A DNA stretch of 64,000 nucleotides from a bacterium (GTDB lineage: Bacteria > JADJOY01): positions 1-64,000 of the forward strand of contig JAXLQJ010000001.1 in assembly GCA_046331705.1 (NCBI GenBank), in the 5' to 3' direction. The notes beneath the pieces were generated by a model. The model was given only the letters and a program-made list of their open reading frames with translations, ran no database searches and had not been told where the DNA came from. Within the stretch, counting starts at the first letter, position 1, and each line of letters starts with the position of its first letter. Below, one piece after another: positions 1-9,043 of the stretch. A program made the translations under genes and the position numbers.

Positions 1-1
1 G

Positions 2-1795
2 GTCGACGCCCAGACGGGCAGCCGACTGCACCAGTGGAGCCAGCTCGAGCACGCCCGCAACCGCAAGGTGTACACAGCGTCGAGCGGCCCGACGCTGCCC
101 GGAACGCTGGTTCGCTCCGAGGGCCAGCCCGCCTCGGGCGACGTGGACGTGAACGCGGCCTACGATTACTCGGGCAGCGCGTACGACTACTTCCTCGCGA
201 ATCACGGCCGCGACGGTTTCGACGGCGCGGGCGCCGCGATCGTCTCCACGGTTCACGTCTGCCCCGTGGGCAAGCCCTGCCCGTGGACGGACTCGTTCTG
301 GAACGGAACCGAGGCGATCTACGGCGAGGCCTTCGCTCAGGCCGACGACGTCGTCGCCCACGAGTACGCCCACGCGATCGTCGACCACACCGCCAATCTC
401 TTCTCGTACATGCAATCGGGCGCCATCGCCGAGTCGTTCGCCGACATCTTCGGCGAGACCGTGGACCTCACGAACGGCGTCGGCACCGACAGCGCGGGCG
501 TGCGGTGGATCATCGGCGAAGACATCCCCGAGGTGGGGGCGCTGCGTGACATGGCGGATCCGCAATCGCTCGACGATCCCGCGAAGATGAGCGATCTGGA
601 GTTCGACTGTGGTTTCCCCGGAAGCGACGCGGGTGGCATTCACACCAACGCCCTCATCCCCGACCACGCCTACCAGCTTCTCGTCGACGGCGGCACCTTC
701 AATGGAGTCACCGTGACGGGCATCGGCCTGACGAAGGCCGCCGCCGTCGAGTACCGCGCGCTCACGCGCTACCTGGTCTCGGCCTCGGATTTCCTGGACC
801 TGGCGAACGCGCTCGCGCAGTCGTGCAGCGATCTGGTGGGCACCGGCGGCATCACCGCAGGCGACTGCACGCAGGTGACGAACGCCACCAACGCCGTCGA
901 GATGCGAAACGCCTGGCCGTGCGATCCGCCGCAGCCCACACCGCCGTCCTACTGTCCGCCGGGGCATTTCCTGAACCAGGTCTGGTACGAGACCTTCGAC
1001 CGGCCGTATCTCGCGCAATGGACGGCCTCGACGCTGCGCAGCGGCCCGTCGGCGTGGCTGGCCGGCGGCAACGTCTACGACGATTCGTTCGCCACCAGCG
1101 GCACCAACAACCTGTGGGGCTCCGACCCGAAGACCCTCTCCGACTCGATCGTGACGATGGTCGGCACCGTGCATCTGCCGGTGATCGCGCGCATGCAGTT
1201 CAACCACTCGTTCGGCTTCGAGTCGTACCTCGACGGCGGCGTCGTCGAGTTCTCGACCGACGGCGGCAGCACGTGGTTCGATGCGATGCAGTTCTACACC
1301 CTGGGCGCCAACTACAACGGCACCATTCCGACGGAGTTCGGAAACCCACTGGCGAACCCCAACCCGCGCAACGCCTTCGTGAAGGAAAGCTGGGGCTACA
1401 CCGCAACTCAGCTCGACCTCGGCGCACTCGCGAACTCGGACGTCAAGTTCCGGTTTCGCATCGGCTCCGATTCGAGCGTGGGCGACGTCGGCTGGTTCAT
1501 CGACGATCTGCGCATCTACCAGTGCATCTCGGGCACCGACGTCGACGGCGATCTGATCGTCGACAGCCACGACAACTGCCCGACCTACTACAACCCCATG
1601 CAGATCGACACCGACGGCGACGGTCTCGGCAACGGCTGCGATCCCTCGGATTGCGGCTCGACGATCGCTGCCGCGAGCGGCGCGAGCGGGCCGTTCGCGC
1701 GCGTCGCTCCGCTGGCACCGCTCGTCGCGGTCGCGGTGGCGTTGGCCCGATGGAAGCGACGCGCACGAGCGCGCGGCACGCACGGCGCCCGCTGA
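2..1795 (+). CDS. M4 (thermolysin-like) zinc metallopeptidase, 5'-truncated, with a C-terminal beta-sandwich domain, TSP3-like Ca-binding repeats and a Cys/TM/Arg-rich tail
   Basis: HEYAH zinc motif, downstream GAIAESFADIFG third-ligand motif and GGIHTN. The frame is open from base 2 (VDAQTG..., end of a propeptide). DGDLIVDSHDNCP and DTDGDGLGNGCD repeats near the C-terminus. Confidence 0.9.
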   Translation, partial: VDAQTGSRLHQWSQLEHARNRKVYTASSGPTLPGTLVRSEGQPASGDVDVNAAYDYSGSAYDYFLANHGRDGFDGAGAAIVSTVHVCPVGKPCPWTDSFWNGTEAIYGEAFAQADDVVAHEYAHAIVDHTANLFSYMQSGAIAESFADIFGETVDLTNGVGTDSAGVRWIIGEDIPEVGALRDMADPQSLDDPAKMSDLEFDCGFPGSDAGGIHTNALIPDHAYQLLVDGGTFNGVTVTGIGLTKAAAVEYRALTRYLVSASDFLDLANALAQSCSDLVGTGGITAGDCTQVTNATNAVEMRNAWPCDPPQPTPPSYCPPGHFLNQVWYETFDRPYLAQWTASTLRSGPSAWLAGGNVYDDSFATSGTNNLWGSDPKTLSDSIVTMVGTVHLPVIARMQFNHSFGFESYLDGGVVEFSTDGGSTWFDAMQFYTLGANYNGTIPTEFGNPLANPNPRNAFVKESWGYTATQLDLGALANSDVKFRFRIGSDSSVGDVGWFIDDLRIYQCISGTDVDGDLIVDSHDNCPTYYNPMQIDTDGDGLGNGCDPSDCGSTIAAASGASGPFARVAPLAPLVAVAVALARWKRRARARGTHGAR

Positions 1796-1808
1796 GCTTC
1801 CACCGTCG

Positions 1809-3158
1809 ATGGACGAGATCCGCCCCGACGGCCGCTGGTTCCGCGACGATCAGGGACGGGTTCGGCTCTTCCACGGCGTCAACGTCTCGGGGCGCGCCAA
1901 GCTCCCGCCCTTCCTCGCCTTCGAGCCCGAGCCACGCCATCTCGATCCGCTGCGCGCGTGGGGCTTCAACCTGGCGCGGCTGGTGCTCACGTGGGAGGGA
2001 GTGGAGCCCGCGCGTGGTCGCATCGACGTCGATTACCTGAATCGGGCTGTCGCTCTCGCGCGTGCCCTCGGTGAACGCGGCCTTCACGTCCTCGTCGATC
2101 TGCACCAGGACGTCTTCTCGCGCGCCTACGGCGGATCCGGCGCACCCGTGTGGGCGCTCCCTCCGGACGATCGCGGACCGCCCGGCTGGCTGCGCGGCCA
2201 GCGCTGGTTCCTGGGCTACTTCCTCGCTCCCGGAGTGATCCGTGCCGAGCGCGATTTCTGGCGCAACGCGCGCGGCATCCAGGATCGATTCCTGGCGGTG
2301 CTGGAGGCGGTGGCGCGGCGCTTTCGCGGCGTGCCGCGGGTGCTCGGCTACGACCTGCTCAACGAGCCCATGGCGCCGCCCTCGTGGCTGCTCTCGGGCC
2401 GCTTCGAGCGCGAGATCTTGTGCGCGTTCCAGAGCCGCGCCGTCGCGGCGCTTCGCCAAGGCGATCCCGACCGCATGGTCTTCGTCGAGCCCGTCCCGCT
2501 CCAGGTCGGGCAGCGGGTCCGGCTCGGCGCGGTCGCGGGAGAGCGGCTCGGCTTCGCGCCCCACCTCTACGATTTCCTCGCGATCGGCGCGGGGCGCTAT
2601 CTCGGCCCCGGCGTGTCGTCGTTCGCCGCCGCCGCGCACCGAGTCGCCGCGTTCTCCGAGGAGCGCGGCTGGCCGGCGGTGATCGGCGAGTTCGGAGCGC
2701 TCAACGGCGTGAGGCGCGCGGTCACGATGCTCGACGACGAGTGCGCGCTCTTCGATCGACTGTGGCTCTCGTGGACCGCCTGGATGTACGACCCGGTGGG
2801 GCCCGACTGGAACGACGAGGGCGCGAGCCTGGTCGACGTCGGCGGCGCCGAGCGGCCGTGGCTCGATCCGCTGGTGCGGCCCTATCCCCGCGCGATCGCC
2901 GGCCGGCCGATCGCATCGCGATTCGACCGCGTGGCGCGCACCTACGAGCTCTGCTTCGAGCCCGGCGGCGGTGCCGCGCCGGGCGCCATCGCCGCGAACG
3001 CCACCAGCGAGGTCTTCGTGCCGCGTGCGCGACGCTGGGCCGAGCGCTTCGACGTGCAAGTCAGCGGTGCCGACCACGACTGGAACGAGCGCGAGAGCAC
3101 GCTGCGGCTCACCGCGAGCCCCGGCGCCCGCGAGGTGCGGCTCGTCGTCCAGGGGTGA
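1809..3158 (+). CDS. Glycoside hydrolase family 5, endoglycoceramidase-like
   Basis: RDDQGRVRLFHGVN, WEGVEP, DLHQD, GYDLLNEP (acid/base), IGEFG (nucleophile), RPYPRAIAG C-terminal domain. No signal peptide. Confidence 0.88.
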   Translation: MDEIRPDGRWFRDDQGRVRLFHGVNVSGRAKLPPFLAFEPEPRHLDPLRAWGFNLARLVLTWEGVEPARGRIDVDYLNRAVALARALGERGLHVLVDLHQDVFSRAYGGSGAPVWALPPDDRGPPGWLRGQRWFLGYFLAPGVIRAERDFWRNARGIQDRFLAVLEAVARRFRGVPRVLGYDLLNEPMAPPSWLLSGRFEREILCAFQSRAVAALRQGDPDRMVFVEPVPLQVGQRVRLGAVAGERLGFAPHLYDFLAIGAGRYLGPGVSSFAAAAHRVAAFSEERGWPAVIGEFGALNGVRRAVTMLDDECALFDRLWLSWTAWMYDPVGPDWNDEGASLVDVGGAERPWLDPLVRPYPRAIAGRPIASRFDRVARTYELCFEPGGGAAPGAIAANATSEVFVPRARRWAERFDVQVSGADHDWNERESTLRLTASPGAREVRLVVQG

Positions 3159-3258
3159 ACGACATCGCTCGCCGTCGTGGCGGGCGATCCGGGCGTGGGT
3201 TAGTTTCTGGCTCGAGGCGGCGCGTGTCGCGCTCGCCATCGATCAGGAGAGATGACTC

Positions 3259-3636
3259 ATGAATCTCGTGTGGGTTCGTCGCGTGACCTCCGTCGCGCTC
3301 GTGGCCGCTCTGTTGGCAATCGCACCGCGCCCGGCGCTCGCTGGCGAGGTCAGCGTGACCGTGGTGAACGTGGAGACCGCGCAAGGGGTGAAGATGTGGA
3401 TCCCCAGCACGATCGTGGCGAAGAAGGGCGACACGGTGAAGCTCAAGCTCGTGAACAAGCTCTCCATCGATCACGGCTATCAGATCCCCGCCTACGGCGT
3501 GGAGAAGATCGTGCCGCCCGATGGCCCCAACGGCACCGCCGAGGTGAGCTTCACCGCCGACAAGGCCGGCATCTTCCCCATCCAGTGCCAGCTTCATCCG
3601 GCGCACGTCGGCGGGCAGCTGGTGGTGCTGGAATGA
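3259..3636 (+). CDS. Secreted cupredoxin, nitrosocyanin-like
   Basis: Signal peptide (ALA|G); [37 protein letters not shown]; AGGAG RBS upstream. Confidence 0.85.
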   Translation: [125 protein letters not shown]

Positions 3637-4127
3637 GGGCCTGGGTCGCCGCGGCACTGGTGCTGGGCGCCGGGTGCGCGGCGACCCGTCCGGTCGCAAC
3701 CTCCGCGGCGGGCGACGGCACGCCAGCGGCGCTCGCCGCCGCTGCGCCCGACGGTGCCGCGACGACGAGCGCCTCGCCCACACCCGAGGACGGCGCCGCC
3801 AAGATCGCGGCGCCCATCGCCGAGATCGTCGGCAAGCTGCGAGCCGCGGCGGCGGCGGCACCCGACGGCAAGGTCCGCTCGGCGCAGCTCTACTCGACGC
3901 CCTTCGTGAAGGTGGATTCCAGCGGCCGCGTGCAGGTGTATCTCCACGTCGCGAGCCTGGGCGACGAGGAGCGGCGCGATCTCACCGACGCGGGTGTGCG
4001 CATCGACGCGGCCATCGAGCGGCTCAAGATCGTGCAGACGTGGCTGCCGTTCGATCAGGTCGAGGCGATCGCGCGTCTGCCGCTGGTGGTGCGAATCACG
4101 CCACCCAGCTACGCCACTCCGCGCTGA
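3633..4127 (+). CDS. Hypothetical lipoprotein resembling a stand-alone subtilase-type prodomain
   Basis: ATGA overlap with the cupredoxin stop; lipobox LGAGC; Ala-rich linker, then VQVYLHV...GVRID...IVQTWLPFDQVEAIARLPLVVRITPP. Confidence 0.65.
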   Translation: MRAWVAAALVLGAGCAATRPVATSAAGDGTPAALAAAAPDGAATTSASPTPEDGAAKIAAPIAEIVGKLRAAAAAAPDGKVRSAQLYSTPFVKVDSSGRVQVYLHVASLGDEERRDLTDAGVRIDAAIERLKIVQTWLPFDQVEAIARLPLVVRITPPSYATPR

Positions 4128-4205
4128 CCTGACGCGATCCCGCGCCGGACCGCGGACTGCTAGGATCGGCGCCGGTCGTCCTCACTTCGAAGGGAGGTCC
4201 TGCGC

Positions 4206-4763
4206 ATGCACACGTCACCGTCGCGAGAACGCGCCGCGAAGAGCCTCGCGCCCCTGCTTTGCGTGGCCGTCTGCCTGGCCGTGAGGGTGCACGCGGCGGA
4301 AGCCGTGCCCGCGGGCTCGGCGTCGCCGCCGCCGGCGGAGGCCCCGCTCGCCAACGGCTTCTACATCGTCCATCCGGACGACGCGGACGGTCGCGTGCAA
4401 GTGATGCTCGGCGAGCAGAAGTATTTCGCGGAGCCAAAACCGTTCCTGGAAGCGTCCGGTGTCGCGTCGGCCTCGATCGAGCACCAGCAGACGCCGCCGC
4501 CACCGCCGGGCGCCCCGGCCGCCGGCCAGCCGCCGATCGGCATTCGCGTCACGATGACCAAGGAGGGCACGGCCACGCTCGCGAGCGCGACCGCTCAGGC
4601 CGCCGGTTTCCGGCTGGGGGTGGTGGTCGATGGCGAGGTGGTCGCGATGCCCGTGATCCGCGAGCCGGTGACCTCGGGAATGATGGTGATCTCGGGATCC
4701 TTCAGCGAGGAGCGAGCCAAGGCGATCGTGGCGGCGCTGGCTCCCAAGAAAGCGGCGCGCTGA
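4206..4763 (+). CDS. Secreted SecDF P1 head-subdomain protein
   Basis: Signal peptide; IRVTMTKEG...ATAQAAGFRLGVVVDGEVVAMPVIREPVTSG..ISGSFSEERAKAI; GGGAGG RBS. Confidence 0.75.
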   Translation: MHTSPSRERAAKSLAPLLCVAVCLAVRVHAAEAVPAGSASPPPAEAPLANGFYIVHPDDADGRVQVMLGEQKYFAEPKPFLEASGVASASIEHQQTPPPPPGAPAAGQPPIGIRVTMTKEGTATLASATAQAAGFRLGVVVDGEVVAMPVIREPVTSGMMVISGSFSEERAKAIVAALAPKKAAR

Positions 4764-4868
4764 GCCTTCGTCGAGGCGGAGCGGGGAGTCGAGCCGGGGA
4801 CGGAACGTCGTCACGGCGCGCGAGCCGCGCGCCGAGCGTCGTGCGGCGCCGTGACGAGCCGAGATGAG

Positions 4869-5381
4869 ATGAGCGCCGACGGATTCATCCCCGCCGACGG
4901 CGGCTGCACGTGCAGGCGCGTGCGCTATCGAATGGTCGCGAGCCCGCTCTTCGTCCACTGCTGCCATTGCCGGTGGTGTCAGCGCGAGAGCGGCGCCTCG
5001 TTCGCGCTCAACGCGCTGGTCGAGTCCGAACGGGTCGTGCTCCTCGGCGACGAGCCGGAGGTGGTCCACACACCGTCGCAGAGCGGCATCGGGCAGAAGA
5101 TCGCGCGCTGCCCGAGCTGTCGCGTGGCCGTGTGGAGCAACTACGGCGGCAACGGCGACTGGGTGCGGTTCGTCCGCGTGGGAACGCTCGACGAGCCGGA
5201 CCGCTTTCCGCCCGACATCCACATCTTCACGGCGTCCAAGCAGCCGTGGGTGGTCCTGCCGCCAGACACACCGGCCGTCGCGGAGTACTACGACGCCGAG
5301 CGCTTCTGGCCAGCGGCGAGCCTGGAGCGGCGCACCCGGCTACGCGCCCAGATGGCACGCCAGCGGGACGCCTCGGCGTAA
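4869..5381 (+). CDS. GFA / CENP-V family protein
   Basis: GGCTCRRVRY, CCHCRWCQ, CPSC and PDIHIF motifs. Confidence 0.9.
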   Translation: MSADGFIPADGGCTCRRVRYRMVASPLFVHCCHCRWCQRESGASFALNALVESERVVLLGDEPEVVHTPSQSGIGQKIARCPSCRVAVWSNYGGNGDWVRFVRVGTLDEPDRFPPDIHIFTASKQPWVVLPPDTPAVAEYYDAERFWPAASLERRTRLRAQMARQRDASA

Positions 5382-5441
5382 GCGCCACCCCGCGGCGGGA
5401 CCGCGCGGACGGGAGCGCCGCGCCACGCCCGCCGGACGCGC

Positions 5442-6518
5442 TCACGACCTCGTCTTGGACCTCGACTCGGCGGTCATGACGCGCGCCTCGAGTTTCTCCG
5501 TGCCCCGGATCAAGGTGAGCGTGGCGACGTGACCGGGTTCGGTCTCGAGCATCACGCGCTGCAGCGTTTCGATGCTGGGGGCCGGCTTGTCGTCGATCGC
5601 CACCAGGAGATCGCCTTCGCGCACGCCCGACGCCGCGGCGGGACCGCGCTCGTCGAGGCTCATGACTCCCACCGCCGTCGCGAACGGCAGCCCGAAATGG
5701 CGCACCAGCCGTGCGTGCAGCGGCACCGTCTGGGCGCCGATCCCGAGCATGCCGCGACGCACGCGGCCGTCCTTGATGAGCCGACCCGCGACCAGCTTCA
5801 CCGTGCTCGCGGCGATGGCGAAGCAAAGCCCCTGGGCGGGGAAGATCACCGCCGTGTTCACGCCGATCACCTCGCCCGCCGAGCTCACCAGCGGCCCTCC
5901 CGAGTTGCCGGGGTTCAGCGCGGCATCGGTCTGGATCACGTTGTCGATGCTGCGCCCCGAGCGACCGCGCAGGCTGCGGCCCACGGCGCTCACCACCCCA
6001 GCGGTGACCGTGCAATCGAAGCCGTACGGGTTGCCGATGGCGATGGCGAGCTGGCCGGGCCGCACCGCGGTCGAGTCACCGAGCGCCGCCACCGCCAGGT
6101 CCGCGGCCTGGATCCGGATCACCGCGAGATCCGTGTCCGGATCGTCGCCCACGAGCTGCGCCTCCGCGCGACGCCCATCGGCGAAGCTCACCAAGAGCGC
6201 CGCGGCCCTGTGGACGACGTGGCTGTTGGTGAGGATGAACCCGTCGGGCGTGAACACGAATCCCGAGCCGCTGCCGCGCGGGCGGCCCGCCGGCCGTTCC
6301 TCGCTGGCTTTGCGCCCCAACGCATCGATCCGAACGACCGCGGGCGCGACCCGCTCCACGGCGCGAATGACGGCCCGCGAGTAAGCGTCGAGCAGCTCCC
6401 CGTCGGACTCCGCCGGCGTCGCCGCCGTGACGGGAGTCGCGAGGCGAGCCGGGGGCTCCGCGGCGACGACCTCCGTCGCCCACGGAAGAGAAGGACGCCT
6501 TCGATTCGAGCCGAGCAT
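5442..6518 (-). CDS. HtrA/DegP-like trypsin serine protease with one PDZ domain
   Basis: GSGSGF, ILTNSHVV, DLAVI, IQTDAALNPGNSGGPL; C-terminal PDZ. Confidence 0.93.
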   Translation of the reverse strand: MLGSNRRRPSLPWATEVVAAEPPARLATPVTAATPAESDGELLDAYSRAVIRAVERVAPAVVRIDALGRKASEERPAGRPRGSGSGFVFTPDGFILTNSHVVHRAAALLVSFADGRRAEAQLVGDDPDTDLAVIRIQAADLAVAALGDSTAVRPGQLAIAIGNPYGFDCTVTAGVVSAVGRSLRGRSGRSIDNVIQTDAALNPGNSGGPLVSSAGEVIGVNTAVIFPAQGLCFAIAASTVKLVAGRLIKDGRVRRGMLGIGAQTVPLHARLVRHFGLPFATAVGVMSLDERGPAAASGVREGDLLVAIDDKPAPSIETLQRVMLETEPGHVATLTLIRGTEKLEARVMTAESRSKTRS

Positions 6519-6612
6519 GTGAACCTCCCGCCTAGCGTCGCGAACGACGAGGTGCGCTCACACGTAACCATCCGGGCACGCCACCGCAACCGGTGGCCGC
6601 TCGTGCCACGAT

Positions 6613-6627
6613 TGGCACGACGAGTGC
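6613..6627 (+). promoter_or_regulatory. Putative sigma54 (-24/-12) promoter
   Basis: TGGCAC-GACGA-GTGC has the GG-N10-GC spacing; intergenic and upstream of the porin gene. Confidence 0.55.
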
Positions 6628-6774
6628 GTGTCGCCATGCCGGAGGCGGCCCGAAGCTCGTCGGTCCACCACCGCCGGCCAGTCCGGCATCACCCCAACCG
6701 CGCGTGGGCACCCAGCCGACGGGGCACGTGAGCAAGCGCTCCTGCGAATCCCGCGCATCACCCGGAGACCACGG

Positions 6775-7701
6775 ATGGCACGGAAGAAGAACGATCGTCG
6801 CACGCGAGAGAGGAAGGCATTCGCCGCGCAGGGGACGCTGGAGCGAGCGCTCGTCCACGCGCTCGCCGCGTTCTCGTTGCTGTTCGTCGTGACGCTCGCG
6901 CGGGCGGACGAGACGAGCGGCACCGCCAGCGACGGCGCCAGCGATTCCGCGACGCCAGCAGCGACGGACCCGGCTGCCGAGCCCGCCGCCGGCACATCCG
7001 AACCGGCCGCGGAGGCGACGAGCGCCGCAGCGGAGGCCGAGCCTTGCTTCGCTTTTCCCGGCAAGTTCTCGGGAAGCGTGGAAGCGGTGAGCGATTACGT
7101 GTTCCGCGGCGTGTCCCAGACCGAGGAGGGCGCGGCGATCCAGGGCGAGCTCGATTGGAAGCACGAAAGCGGGATCTACCTCGGCCTGTGGGGATCGAAC
7201 GTGAAGTTCCCCGAGAGTGATGCCTATCTCGAGGCGGACGTCTACGGCGGCTACGAGGCCGAGATCGACGAGCTCTCGGTCAAGCTCGGGGCACTCTTCT
7301 ACTGGTATCCGAAAGACGAGAGCGCGCTCGATTACTGGGAGTTCCCCTTCGAGCTCGGCTACGCGCTCGACCCCCTCTCGTTCACGCTGCTCGCGAGCTA
7401 CTCGCCCGACTATTTCGGGTATGCCGGCGACGCCGTCTACGCATCCATCGGCGCCGAATACGCGCTACCACTCGGTGACGAGGCGCCCGTGGAGATCGCG
7501 ATCGACGGGAGCGTTGGTTACACGCGGGCGGAACGCGCCGTCATCAGCGATCGCGACTACGTCGATTGGACCGCCGGCGCGACGATCTCGGCGACCGGCA
7601 ACTGGTCCGGCCTGGGGCTCGGGCTCCACTACACCGACACCGACGTTCATCGCGACGACTCGAACGCGCGCTTCGTCGGCAGCGTGTCGTACGAGTTCTG
7701 A
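6775..7701 (+). CDS. TorF-family putative outer-membrane porin (TIGR02001-like)
   Basis: SDYVFRGVSQT, AIQGELD, SGIYLGLWGSNV, EADVYGGY; C-terminal YEF (terminal Phe typical of beta-barrels); signal peptide. Confidence 0.88.
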   Translation: MARKKNDRRTRERKAFAAQGTLERALVHALAAFSLLFVVTLARADETSGTASDGASDSATPAATDPAAEPAAGTSEPAAEATSAAAEAEPCFAFPGKFSGSVEAVSDYVFRGVSQTEEGAAIQGELDWKHESGIYLGLWGSNVKFPESDAYLEADVYGGYEAEIDELSVKLGALFYWYPKDESALDYWEFPFELGYALDPLSFTLLASYSPDYFGYAGDAVYASIGAEYALPLGDEAPVEIAIDGSVGYTRAERAVISDRDYVDWTAGATISATGNWSGLGLGLHYTDTDVHRDDSNARFVGSVSYEF

Positions 7702-7716
7702 GCCGCGGGAGGCCGC

Positions 7717-8349
7717 ATGACCGAAGCCACGCGACAGGCGCTCGCGATCCTGCGCGAGCCCGGAACCTTCCAGTGGTACGTCATCCCACTGCTGGCGATC
7801 GCGGTGTACGTGTACGCGGTCGAGGTCGAGCGCAAGAACTGGAACCTGGTCTTCGCGGGGCTCGCGTTCTGGGGAATGGATTGGTTCAACGAGATCTGGA
7901 ACGCCTTGGTGCTGCACGCGTCGGGGCGCTCGGCGGTGTGGACCGCTCCCGGCCGCACCGCGTACCTGATCCTGGTGGGCCTCAACATCGAGATCTGCTT
8001 CATGTTCGCGATCTCGGGAATCGTGTGGGGAAAGCTGCTGCCGAAGGATCCGACGCTCCGGATCCTCGGCATGCCCAACCGCTGGTTCCTCGCGATCGCG
8101 AACTCGATCTTCTGCGTGATCGTGGAGATGGTGCTCAACGGCGCCGACGCGCTGATCTGGGAGTACTCGTGGTGGGGCCGCGGCGCGCCGTGGCTCATCT
8201 TCCTGCTCGGCTATTTCCCGTTCTTCGTCGTGTCCTACTGGGTGCACGACATGAAGACCGTCGCGGCGAAGGTGCGCACCGTATCGGTCATCTACGGCGT
8301 GAATCTCGCCGCGGTGCTCGTCTTCGGCGTCGCGCTCCGCTGGATCTGA
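7717..8349 (+). CDS. Hypothetical multi-pass membrane protein
   Basis: About 6 hydrophobic segments; GGGAGG RBS; 15 bp after the porin gene; GC3-biased codons. Confidence 0.8.
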   Translation: MTEATRQALAILREPGTFQWYVIPLLAIAVYVYAVEVERKNWNLVFAGLAFWGMDWFNEIWNALVLHASGRSAVWTAPGRTAYLILVGLNIEICFMFAISGIVWGKLLPKDPTLRILGMPNRWFLAIANSIFCVIVEMVLNGADALIWEYSWWGRGAPWLIFLLGYFPFFVVSYWVHDMKTVAAKVRTVSVIYGVNLAAVLVFGVALRWI

Positions 8350-8381
8350 ACGTCGCGCGCGGATCCCGTGATTCGCCGGGA

Positions 8382-8834
8382 TCAGATGCGCACATGCCAG
8401 GCCCAGGCGGCGGTCTCGCCCAGGACCAGGTAGCTACCGTCGAGCAGGGGTCGGATTCGGAAGTAGCGCCACGGTTGCGACGCTGCGAGCGCAGGGCTCG
8501 CGGCGATCTTGGCGCGCGCGATCACGCAGCGGTTGCGGCGGGCGGGCACGGGATTCCGGCAGCGACGCGCCTCGACCGGTTCGATTCGCAGCGCGTCGAT
8601 GGAGTCCCAGCGCGCCTTCCACGCGAGGGCGGTGGACGCGTCGGGAATGGCGAGGCCCTTGTCGCGAAGCTCGGCGGTCTGGCGGGTTCCTTCCTCGAAG
8701 CGCAGGAACTGGTGGATCGCCGCCGTGAGCCCACGCGCGTCCATCGGCGCGCCCGGCCAGAGCCACCACGCGACGAGGACGATCAGCGCCACGGCTGCGC
8801 CGCCATTGGCGCGAACGCGCAATCGCATCGTCAT
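8382..8834 (-). CDS. Hypothetical protein with an N-terminal membrane anchor
   Basis: MTMRLR then hydrophobic AAVALIVLVAWWLWP; fills the gap between flanking genes. Confidence 0.55.
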   Translation of the reverse strand: MTMRLRVRANGGAAVALIVLVAWWLWPGAPMDARGLTAAIHQFLRFEEGTRQTAELRDKGLAIPDASTALAWKARWDSIDALRIEPVEARRCRNPVPARRNRCVIARAKIAASPALAASQPWRYFRIRPLLDGSYLVLGETAAWAWHVRI

Positions 8835-8981
8835 GGGGGTGGATGGTACGAGTTCGCCACGTCTCGAGCGGCCCCTCCGATCCGGAGCGCACCGGCAACG
8901 ACGCGCGCGGATCGACTCGGCCTCGGGTCGAACGAGAAAAATACCAATCGGCACCCCCACCGTCGCGTGCCCGTGCGATCA

Positions 8982-8996
8982 TGGCACGGCGGTTGC
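8982..8996 (+). promoter_or_regulatory. sigma54 (-24/-12) promoter
   Basis: TGGCAC-GGCGG-TTGC matches the TGGCAC-N5-TTGC consensus; ends 47 bp before the ATG at 9044. Confidence 0.75.
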
Positions 8997-9043
8997 GGCC
9001 CTCTCGGTCGATGAATCGGCCGCCTGCGCGAGGGGGTGGAACG

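Noticed and set aside
3259-3636. NosZ or cytochrome oxidase CuA domain
   Set aside because: It has a single Cys; the binuclear C-x3-C-x3-H-x2-M motif is absent.
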